Positions 56,826 through 64,000 of a stretch of 64,000 nucleotides of DNA are shown here, piece by piece. Source of the DNA: Fimbriimonadales bacterium (GTDB lineage Bacteria; Armatimonadota; Fimbriimonadia; Fimbriimonadales; JABRVX01); assembly GCA_045862955.1 (NCBI GenBank), contig BTVI01000003.1, positions 1 through 64,000 on the forward strand, written 5' to 3'. The first letter of the stretch is position 1. Each line of letters opens with the position of its first letter. Both the position numbers and the translations under genes were made by a program. Below the pieces are notes generated by a model. It was not told the DNA's origin. It saw only the letters and a program-made list of their open reading frames with translations, and searched no databases.

Positions 56826-57545
56826 CTATCGCTTCTTCCGCCACCAGACGTAGCAGTTGTCGGCGTGGAGTTGATCGCGCGTCATCACCTTCGCATGGCC
56901 GTCCACGAAGGCTACCATTGCGGACTTCTTGCCGCCGTGTCGGTACTTCACAATGCCGTAGTCGGCCGTGAAGATGCGGGTGCCGAGCGTCGTGTCCATG
57001 CACTTGTATGCTTCCGGCTCTGCGATCCAGTCACCGTCTCCGTTCTCCGTCACTATGATCGTCTCGCTCGGCACTTCCACACCGTTCACACGGGCGGTCT
57101 TGTGATCCTGGTAGTCGGCGACGTTGGGGTTGACGTTGGTGAACACATCTATGTACGCCCAGTTGTTGATGCCGTACTGCCCCAGAAACTTCACCTGCGG
57201 ATTGGCGTAGTAGTCGCGGCAATCCCACCCTTTGCCCTCGAAGCTAGGACAGCTGTAGAGCTCGTCCGCCTTCTGATACGGCTTGGTGATCTGCTTCCAC
57301 GAGGCGTTGTCGGCGCACCAAGGTCGGTCCCACAGCCAGGTGATAGGCAGCACGTCGTCGTGGTCGCCGTAGTACATTGCGATGGCCATGCCCACCTGGC
57401 GCATCTGCTGTCCGCACACGACTTGCTTACCGTGCTCGCGAGCCCGCGAGAATACGGGCAAAAGGATGGCGGCGAGCACCGCGATGATAGCGATGACCAC
57501 CAGAAGCTCGATCAGCGTGAAGGCGCTGAGCCTCGATCGATTCAT
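56826..57545 (-). CDS. Prepilin-type N-terminal cleavage/methylation protein (DUF1559-like)
   Basis: [31 protein letters not shown]-terminal RH..AMVAFVDGHAK. Confidence 0.92.
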   Translation of the reverse strand: MNRSRLSAFTLIELLVVIAIIAVLAAILLPVFSRAREHGKQVVCGQQMRQVGMAIAMYYGDHDDVLPITWLWDRPWCADNASWKQITKPYQKADELYSCPSFEGKGWDCRDYYANPQVKFLGQYGINNWAYIDVFTNVNPNVADYQDHKTARVNGVEVPSETIIVTENGDGDWIAEPEAYKCMDTTLGTRIFTADYGIVKYRHGGKKSAMVAFVDGHAKVMTRDQLHADNCYVWWRKKR

Positions 57546-57757
57546 TGTTCTTCACTCCCGAGCCACTGAGCCGCAACTTCCGTGCCGTTCGGCGCCCCCA
57601 GAATGCTTCTTGCGATGCATGCAGCTCGAATTGAGAATATCAATCTGGACCTTGAGAAATCTTAGGTCCTTTGGCTCGCAGCGCAACGAAACACAAGGTC
57701 GGAGTGTATTCTGGGCAGAGCAGGTAGCCGTGATGGAGCCTGCAGGGGAGAGCGAGG

Positions 57758-57916
57758 ATGGAAATGGCGCTCAGTCTTACGAAGGAAGAGGCGTTTGCGC
57801 TGCTCGAGCTGGCGCTCGCCTCGGCGACGGAAGAGGACGAGGTGGGCGAGCGGGCATTGAGGAAGCTGGTAGAGGTATGCAAGCGGTACTTGAGCCAAGA
57901 GGTAGCGGTAGCCTAG
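57758..57916 (+). CDS. 52-aa hypothetical helical protein (MEMALSLTKEEAFALLELAL...VCKRYLSQEVAVA), below the ORF-track cutoff
   Basis: ATG after GGGGAGAGCGAGG, TAG at 57914-57916, amphipathic helical pattern. Confidence 0.65.
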   Translation: MEMALSLTKEEAFALLELALASATEEDEVGERALRKLVEVCKRYLSQEVAVA

Positions 57917-57975
57917 GGACCGATGGGCCATCGTCCCCGAGGCTCCGGGGTAACCTCGAAGGGGAGGTGATCGGA

Positions 57976-58365
57976 GTGGCGTGTGATCGGGTTGCGCTGT
58001 CGCTGGGCATCGCGCTCGCCCTGTTTGCGGCAGGTTGCCGGCCTAGTTCCTCGGGGCGGGAGGTGGTGAAGCCCCAATCGGGTGGCGGCGCAGGCTCTCA
58101 GTTGGCTCGCAGCGACCCGTCAGCCGCGGACGGTGAAGCCCTCTTCGCCAGGCACGGCTGCATGAACTGTCACCGATACCAGGGGAGGGGGTCGCCTACA
58201 CCCGGTCCAGCGCTGGACAAAGCGGGCCAGAAAGACGCGGAATGGCACCTCGCCCATCTGCGGGACCCGCGGTCCAAGTCGCCAGATAGCGATATGCCTA
58301 GCTATGCGCATCTGCCCGACGAGGACCTCGAGGCCTTGGCCCAGTGGTTGGCGACTCGCCGGTAG
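57976..58365 (+). CDS. Monoheme cytochrome c lipoprotein (cbb3 subunit II/CcoO-like domain)
   Basis: Lipobox FAAGC, CMNCH, GPAL..EWHLAHLRDPRS..SDMPSYAHL; GGAGGTG RBS before GTG. Confidence 0.85.
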   Translation: MACDRVALSLGIALALFAAGCRPSSSGREVVKPQSGGGAGSQLARSDPSAADGEALFARHGCMNCHRYQGRGSPTPGPALDKAGQKDAEWHLAHLRDPRSKSPDSDMPSYAHLPDEDLEALAQWLATRR

Positions 58366-58373
58366 AAACGCTG

Positions 58374-58403
58374 TTGACTCCCGCCGAGGCGGCGTGGGAT
58401 AAT
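58374..58403 (+). promoter_or_regulatory. Sigma70-type promoter of the kdsB leader
   Basis: TTGACT-18 nt-GATAAT with TG extended -10. Confidence 0.65.
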
Positions 58404-58420
58404 CCCGTCATCCCAGCGAA

Positions 58421-58570
58421 AAGGGGGTGGTGCAGAACGATGAGTAATTCAGATATGCGCCAGGAGGGTCGCAGGTTTTAGCGGCCGCCGGGCGCGGCGT
58501 CAGTGATGAACCGCGCCCTCCTGGCTGAAAACCTACTTCGCCCCGGACTTCGCTCCGGGGCGTTGTACTT
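58421..58570 (+). ncRNA. Structured cis-regulatory leader RNA (pseudoknot + hairpins), possibly ldcC-motif-like
   Basis: Pairings 58459-68/58516-25, 58473-79/58528-34, 58490-97/58511-18, and hairpin 58539-58562 followed by TTGTACTT; the family name is from memory only. Confidence 0.6.
58440..58481 (+). CDS. Putative 13-aa leader peptide MSNSDMRQEGRRF
   Basis: AAGGGGGTG RBS at 58421-58429, ATG 58440, TAG 58479-58481; overlaps paired regions of the leader RNA. Confidence 0.55.
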   Translation: MSNSDMRQEGRRF

Positions 58571-59311
58571 ATGGCTCACGTTGTCGCTGTAATCCCGGCT
58601 CGAATGGGCAGCACGCGCTTCCCGGGAAAGCCGCTTGCTCTAATAGCCGGCAAGCCCATGCTGCAGCACGTCTGGGAGCGTGTCGTAGAGGCTCGTAGCG
58701 TAGACGAGGTGTACATCTCGAGCCCGGACACCGAGATTCTGGAGGTTGCCACGCGCTTCGGCGCCGACGCGGTCCCTTCGAGCCCAGCCTGCCCCACCGG
58801 CACAGACCGGGTCGCAGAGGTTGCGGCATCCACGCTGGGTGACATCTACATCAACGTGCAAGGCGACGAGCCACTGATTCGGACGCAAGACGTGGAGGCA
58901 GTGGTGCGCCCGATGTTGCGAGATAACCCACCCGACTCCGCCAGCCTCTGCTGTCCGTGCACCCTTCAGGAAGAAACCGATCCCAACGTGGTCAAGGTGG
59001 TGCTGGACGTGTGGGGGTATGCGCTGTACTTTTCCCGGTCGCAGGTTCCCTATCCACGTTCGCGCCAGCAGCGCGCGCTGCGACACCTAGGCATTTACGC
59101 CTTCAATCGCGAAACGATCCTGCAGTTTCCGCACCTGAAGCAGACGCCGTTGGAGAAGTCCGAAGGGTTGGAGCAGCTTCGCCTGCTAGAGCACGGCTAC
59201 ACGATGGCGCTCACGCGGGTCCGGCGACCAGCAGGCCCTGCGGTGGACACCCCCGAGCAACTCGTGGAGGTCGAGCGGCTGCTATCCCGCGGGACTCGAC
59301 GGTCGTCTTGA
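58571..59311 (+). CDS. kdsB: 3-deoxy-manno-octulosonate cytidylyltransferase
   Basis: IPARMGSTRFPGKPL, TGTDR, INVQGDEP, ALYFSR, HLGIYAF, EGLEQLRLL. Confidence 0.95.
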   Translation: MAHVVAVIPARMGSTRFPGKPLALIAGKPMLQHVWERVVEARSVDEVYISSPDTEILEVATRFGADAVPSSPACPTGTDRVAEVAASTLGDIYINVQGDEPLIRTQDVEAVVRPMLRDNPPDSASLCCPCTLQEETDPNVVKVVLDVWGYALYFSRSQVPYPRSRQQRALRHLGIYAFNRETILQFPHLKQTPLEKSEGLEQLRLLEHGYTMALTRVRRPAGPAVDTPEQLVEVERLLSRGTRRSS

Positions 59312-59341
59312 GTAGTAGTTGGACGCGGGGGGTAGCGCCGG

Positions 59342-60364
59342 CTACTCGACACGGGCTTCGCCGCGGATTGCAGTGAGCAGGAAGTTCTGCACGGCGCGCT
59401 CGTCGGCAAAAGCCACCTCCTCGCGGAGCACCCACAGATCCGGCGCCCCTGGCAGCGAACGAAGCTTCACCGCGTCCTTCTCTGTGGTAACGGCCGTCAT
59501 CCGGCCCAGATTGTCGAGGTCGGCAGCGCTGTAGTCATGGTGATCACCGAATCGGAGGCTGGTCACCGAGGCCCCGAGATCTCGTAGGGTCTGCTCGAAG
59601 CGCTCCGGATTTCCAATCGCTGAGACGGCCAGCACCTTCTCCCCACGAAGCAGGGCTAGTTCTCGCCGCTGTGTGCCGTCCAGCGAGCGCAACTCCTTGG
59701 GTCGCCGAGTCACATGGAACGTAGGGAGGGGAGGTAGGTTCGGGGGTGTATGGTCTCCGACGACGAGCAGGGCACTGGCCCTCCGCAACCCACTCTTCGG
59801 CTCGCGCAGCGGGCCTGCGGGTAGGCATCGGCCGTTTCCGAAGGGGCGCGCCCCGTCCAGCACCACGAGGTCTAGCGTGCGGGCGAGTGGCAGGTGTTGG
59901 AAGCCGTCGTCCATCAGGATCACGTCCACATCGGACCGACCAGCCACCGTTTTCGCCATCCTCACACGGTTTCTGCACACGATAATCGAGGCGTCGGGCA
60001 ACGCCTCGCGCAAGAGCACCGCCTCGTCTCCCACCAGGCGAGGGTCCGCCTCTTTGCCCGGCGGCACCGCTGCACAGGGGCAGGTGCCTCCATACCCGCT
60101 GCACGAGACCAACACGCGCAGCCCTGCGCCTTGCAGAAGGTGGCCGATAGCGATGGTGACGGGGGTCTTCCCTGTCCCGCCAACCGAGATTGAGCCCACG
60201 CAGACTACGGGTACCGCAGGCTCGTGACGTTTCCGGAAGCCAAGCGCATACCACGCAAGGTACAGCCGCCAACCCAGCGCGTACAGATGGGACGCGGGGA
60301 GGAGGGCGGCTCGCTTGAGGCGGTCGCCGTGCGCGGGCGAATCCCACAAGCCTGGCCAGTCCAT
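59342..60364 (-). CDS. lpxK: Tetraacyldisaccharide 4'-kinase
   Basis: VGSISVGGTGKTP, GDEA, MDDGFQH, LPAGPLRE, DHH, TTEKDAVKL; CATAAT 6 nt before ATG 60364. Confidence 0.93.
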   Translation of the reverse strand: MDWPGLWDSPAHGDRLKRAALLPASHLYALGWRLYLAWYALGFRKRHEPAVPVVCVGSISVGGTGKTPVTIAIGHLLQGAGLRVLVSCSGYGGTCPCAAVPPGKEADPRLVGDEAVLLREALPDASIIVCRNRVRMAKTVAGRSDVDVILMDDGFQHLPLARTLDLVVLDGARPFGNGRCLPAGPLREPKSGLRRASALLVVGDHTPPNLPPLPTFHVTRRPKELRSLDGTQRRELALLRGEKVLAVSAIGNPERFEQTLRDLGASVTSLRFGDHHDYSAADLDNLGRMTAVTTEKDAVKLRSLPGAPDLWVLREEVAFADERAVQNFLLTAIRGEARVE

Positions 60365-60405
60365 GGGCGGATTATGGCACCCGGCCCGTCGGGTAGGATC
60401 GGCGC

Positions 60406-61734
60406 GTGCTGACGGCTGCATTCACCACGCTAGGCTGCAAGGTCAACCAATACGAGACGCGTCGCATCGCCGAGAGCTTCGAGCGTCGGGGATTTCGCGT
60501 GGTGCCCTTCGAGGAGGCTGCCAGCGTGTACGTGGTGAACACCTGCTCCGTGACTGCGGTTGCGTCCAGCAAATCGCGGCAGATCCTGCGGCGGGCGAGA
60601 CGCACCAACCCAGCCGCGAAGGTCGTGGTGACCGGATGCGAAGCGCATGCTGCGGCACGCGCGGGACGCCTGCTGCCAGAGGCCGACCTGGTAGTGCCAA
60701 ACCCCGAGAAGTTGGAGACCATCTCGCACTTCCTGCGCGCGTTTCCAGAGTACGCCGCTCGTGCTGCCGCTCCGTGTGCCGATGTAACGCTCCCACGGCC
60801 ACAGCGACGCACGCGTGCGGTGGTGAAGGTCCAGGACGGATGCAACGTCTTCTGTTCCTACTGCTCGATCCCCTATACCCGTCCCGTACTTTCGAGTAGG
60901 CCTTGGCGTGACGTCGTGGAAGAGGTCGAAGAACTGGTAGCCGAGGGACATCGCGAGGTGGTACTGACCGGCGTGCTGATCGGCGACTACGGACCACACA
61001 CCGGGAGCGGCGGGCCGAACCTGAGCGGACTGTGCGCCGAACTCGCGGACATTCGACGCTTGCAGCGCATCCGTATCAGCTCCATCGAGGTGACACAGGT
61101 CTCCGACGAGTTGATACGCCTGATGCGCGAAGAGCCCAAGATGTGCCCGCACCTGCACATCCCACTGCAGTCCGGCAGCGACCGGGTGTTGAGTGGCATG
61201 GGACGGCCTTACTCTCGCGACGAGTACGTAGCGAGGTGCTCGGAGGCGAAGGCTAGCGTGCGTGACCTGGCCATCACCACGGACATCATGGTAGGGTTTC
61301 CGACGGAGGACGAGACCGCGCTGGGTGACACCGTGAGAGTCGTCGAAAGAGTGGGATACCTGTCAGCACATGTGTTCCGATACTCTCCTCGGCCGGGCAC
61401 ACCCGCCGAGGCGCTGGGAGACTCCGTGCCGCACGAGGAGAAGATGCGGAGAAGCAGGATCGTGTGCGAGGCCGCAGCTCGCTCTGGTCGCGCCTACCGA
61501 GCCGGGTTCATCGGGCGCCCAGTGCGAGTGTTAGTGGAAAGTGTGCAACGAGCGTCGGGGCTGTTGAAAGGACACTCCGACAACTACCTCGAAGTGGAGT
61601 TCCCCGGGTCCGGTGAGCTGGTAGGTGATCTCGTCACGGTGCGAGTTCTCGCTGACGGCCCTCACTGCCTGTCGGGGGAGATCATGGAACCACACAATGC
61701 AAGGAGGACGAATGGACGGCTGCATATTCTGTAA
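60406..61734 (+). CDS. mtaB: tRNA t6A37 methylthiotransferase (radical SAM)
   Basis: TLGCKVNQYET, VNTCSVT, VQDGCNVFCSYC, RIRISSIE, HLHIPLQSGSD. Confidence 0.93.
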   Translation: MLTAAFTTLGCKVNQYETRRIAESFERRGFRVVPFEEAASVYVVNTCSVTAVASSKSRQILRRARRTNPAAKVVVTGCEAHAAARAGRLLPEADLVVPNPEKLETISHFLRAFPEYAARAAAPCADVTLPRPQRRTRAVVKVQDGCNVFCSYCSIPYTRPVLSSRPWRDVVEEVEELVAEGHREVVLTGVLIGDYGPHTGSGGPNLSGLCAELADIRRLQRIRISSIEVTQVSDELIRLMREEPKMCPHLHIPLQSGSDRVLSGMGRPYSRDEYVARCSEAKASVRDLAITTDIMVGFPTEDETALGDTVRVVERVGYLSAHVFRYSPRPGTPAEALGDSVPHEEKMRRSRIVCEAAARSGRAYRAGFIGRPVRVLVESVQRASGLLKGHSDNYLEVEFPGSGELVGDLVTVRVLADGPHCLSGEIMEPHNARRTNGRLHIL

Positions 61735-62056
61735 GATCGCGTCGAAGGAGGCACCCTCTCAATACGTTCACGAGACCGAGTACACGGTGGCTTTTCGCGA
61801 TCTGAATCCCGTTGCGCCTTCGCACATTCTGATCATCCCAAAGCGGCACATACTTAACCTGGACGCCGCCTCCGCAGAGGACGCAACGCTGCTCGGCGAG
61901 ATACTACTAGTAGCTGCTGCGATCGCGCGCAGTGAGGGATTCGCAGAGAACGGCTATCGGGTCGTACTGAACGTTGGGCCGGATGGCGGGCAGACCGTCG
62001 GCCATCTCCACGCGCACTTACTGGCCGGCCGCCACCTCACCTGGCCCCCGGGGTAG
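61712..62056 (+). CDS. Histidine triad nucleotide-binding protein
   Basis: CIFCKIA, GQTVGHLHAHLLAGR..WPPG; AGGAGG RBS. Confidence 0.93.
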   Translation: MDGCIFCKIASKEAPSQYVHETEYTVAFRDLNPVAPSHILIIPKRHILNLDAASAEDATLLGEILLVAAAIARSEGFAENGYRVVLNVGPDGGQTVGHLHAHLLAGRHLTWPPG

Positions 62057-62062
62057 TAAACA

Positions 62063-64000
62063 TCAGACGTCGTCGTGTTCGGTGCGCGCGATGATCTCGT
62101 CTTGCAGTGACTCGCTCAGGTCGCAGAAGTAATCGCTGTAGCCGGCCACACGCACGATCAGGTCGCGGTGCTTCTCGGGGTGCCGCTTCGCGTCGCGCAG
62201 CGTGTCGGCAGTTACTACGTTGAACTGCATGTGGTGGCCGTCCAGACGGAAGTAGGTGCGGACCAGATGTCCTAGCCGCTCGATGCCGTCGTCGCCTTCC
62301 AACACTTTCGGCGTGAACTTCATGTTCAGCAGCGTACCTCCGGTCCGTAAGTGGTCCATCTTCGCAGCGGACTTGATTACCGCTGTCGGGCCGTGCCGAT
62401 CCGCACCCTGCACCGGAGAGATGCCCTCGGAGAGGGGCTCCCCTGCCCTGCGTCCGTCCGGCGTCGCGCCCGTCACCGAGCCGAAGTACACGTGACACGT
62501 GGTAGGCAACATGTTTATGCGATAGCAGCCACCGCGCGTGTTCGGACGGCCGTTAACGGCATCGTAGTAAGCATTGAACACGGCTACCATCAGGTCGTCG
62601 GCGCAGTCATCGTCGTTGCCGTACTTCGGGCTCTTGTTCACGAGCATCTGCCTGAGCGGCTCATGCCCCTCGAAGCCGCAAGCTAACGCAGCCAGCAACT
62701 CGCTGATGCCGACCGACCGTCTCTCGAACACGTGGTGACGGATCGCAGCCAGCGAGTCGGTGATAGTGCCTATACCCACCCCCTGCAAGTAGCTAGTATT
62801 GTAGCGTGCGCCACCGGCGTTATAGTCCTTCGCGTTCTCGATGCAGTCGTCGATGATCACCGAAAGGAACGGCGCCGGCATGCGCTGCGCATACAGACGT
62901 TCGATGACGTTGCTGCCACGTAGCTTGACGTCCACGAAGTGCCGCATCTGCGCTACGAACGCCCCCATCAGCTGCTCGAAGCTCTGGAAGGTAGCGGGGG
63001 CGCCAGTCTCGAGCCCAATCCGCTTCCCGGTCCTGGGATCGACGCCGTTGTTCAGTGCGATCTCTAGCACCTTCGGCAGGTTGAAGTAGCCTGTTAGTAT
63101 GTACGCCTCTTTGCCGAACGCACCCGTCTCCACACAGCCGCTGGTGCCGCCACAACGCGCATCCTCCAAGCTCTTGCCTTGACGCAACAACTCTTCCACT
63201 ACCGCGTCGGCGTTGAACAGTGATGGTTGCCCCCAGCCCTTGCGCACGATCTTCAGTGCACGGCGAAGGAGCCTTTCAGGATTGCGTTTGCTAAGCTGTA
63301 TGTTCGTGCTAGGTTGCAGCAGGCGCATCTCGTCCACTACGTCCAGCATCAAAAAGGTGACATCGTTCACTCCATCCGAGCCATCCGGCCGCAATCCGCC
63401 GTGGCTGATGTTGGCAAAGTCGGTGTAGGTGCCACTCTCGGCAGCGGTAACACCAACCTTCGGGGGTGCAGGCTGGTTGTTGAACTTCACCCACAGGCAC
63501 TGCAGCAGCTCCTTGGCCGCTTCCTCTGTTAGCGACCCATCTTCCAGCCCTCGCTGATAGAAGGGTAATAGGTGCTGGTCGAGCCGACCGGGGCTGAAGG
63601 AATCCCAAGTGTTCAGCTCGGTGATGACTCCCAGATGGACGAACCAGTACATCTGTAGCGCCTCGTGGAAGTTCCGTGGAGCGTTGGCTGGCACGTGCCG
63701 GCAAACCTCGGCGATACGTAGCAGTTCGGCCTTCCGTGTGACGTCTGCTTCTTGTGCCGCTTGCCTCTCAGCCTCTTCGGCGTGACGCTCGGCGAAGCGA
63801 ATCAGTGCCTCACAGCACACCGACATGGCCCGCAACTGCTCCAGCTTGGCGAACGCTTCTGGGTCTGTTAGAAAGTCTAGCTGCTCGATGCGCGCTGCGA
63901 TACGCTGCTGGAAGTCTCGCAGTCCGTAGTGATAGATCTTGTCGTCGGCGACAGTGTGGCCGGGAGCTCGCTGCTCCATGAACTCCGTGAAGATGCCGGC
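62063..64000 (-). CDS. hypD: Glycyl radical enzyme, probably trans-4-hydroxy-L-proline dehydratase; 5' end lies beyond the window
   Basis: FMEQRAPGHT, WDSFSPGRLDQ, ESGTYTDF, TSGCVE, MLPTTCH, RVAGYS. Confidence 0.82.
   Translation of the reverse strand, partial: AGIFTEFMEQRAPGHTVADDKIYHYGLRDFQQRIAARIEQLDFLTDPEAFAKLEQLRAMSVCCEALIRFAERHAEEAERQAAQEADVTRKAELLRIAEVCRHVPANAPRNFHEALQMYWFVHLGVITELNTWDSFSPGRLDQHLLPFYQRGLEDGSLTEEAAKELLQCLWVKFNNQPAPPKVGVTAAESGTYTDFANISHGGLRPDGSDGVNDVTFLMLDVVDEMRLLQPSTNIQLSKRNPERLLRRALKIVRKGWGQPSLFNADAVVEELLRQGKSLEDARCGGTSGCVETGAFGKEAYILTGYFNLPKVLEIALNNGVDPRTGKRIGLETGAPATFQSFEQLMGAFVAQMRHFVDVKLRGSNVIERLYAQRMPAPFLSVIIDDCIENAKDYNAGGARYNTSYLQGVGIGTITDSLAAIRHHVFERRSVGISELLAALACGFEGHEPLRQMLVNKSPKYGNDDDCADDLMVAVFNAYYDAVNGRPNTRGGCYRINMLPTTCHVYFGSVTGATPDGRRAGEPLSEGISPVQGADRHGPTAVIKSAAKMDHLRTGGTLLNMKFTPKVLEGDDGIERLGHLVRTYFRLDGHHMQFNVVTADTLRDAKRHPEKHRDLIVRVAGYSDYFCDLSESLQDEIIARTEHDDV

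Noticed and set aside
57631..57643. TTGAGAATATCAA as an FNR box upstream of the cytochrome c unit
   Set aside because: One base short of TTGAT-N4-ATCAA and mismatched in the left half-site
58503..58528. C/D-box-like pair (GTGATGA ... CTGA)
   Set aside because: Short motifs in a bacterial leader with too little guide space; better explained by the leader structure
58479..58571. TAG readthrough (pyrrolysine-like) fusing the uORF to kdsB
   Set aside because: Readthrough would be out of frame with the kdsB ATG, and no pyl genes are seen

Overview
High-GC bacterial chromosomal window from a diderm (kdsB, lpxK, gmhB, outer-membrane barrel). The several prepilin-type N-terminal/DUF1559-like proteins suggest Armatimonadota; this is an inference. 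Most of the window is housekeeping or catabolic: pilB-pilT-pilC, aroE, a stand-alone rpoB-rpoC with large insertions, pyrG, menG plus a polyprenyl synthase, rhaD-lutABC, mtnP, rsmG, trpDCF, fabG-acpP-fabF, uvrA, kdsB, lpxK, mtaB, a HIT protein and a truncated HypD-like glycyl radical enzyme. The stand-out region is 40.8-46.3 kb. It is a tandemly duplicated module encoding a membrane protein with four CxxC motifs (thioredoxin/VKOR-like), two secreted 12-cysteine proteins with the same signal peptide and Cys scaffold but divergent loops, a small multi-pass membrane protein after each (plus a pseudogenised spare copy), and two pilin-like proteins with Cys-rich tails. It lies next to an ECF sigma/zinc anti-sigma pair and looks like a polymorphic disulfide-rich effector/immunity system. 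The second highlight is a promoter-uORF (MSNSDMRQEGRRF)-pseudoknot-hairpin leader before kdsB. Also noted: an adenylate-kinase-LID-like zinc ribbon in RpoB, a ~100 aa trigger-loop insert in RpoC, many apparently leaderless genes, and three families of REP-like palindromes. No rRNA, tRNA, CRISPR array or transposase was recognised. All calls are from reading sequence and motifs by eye; no database search was run.
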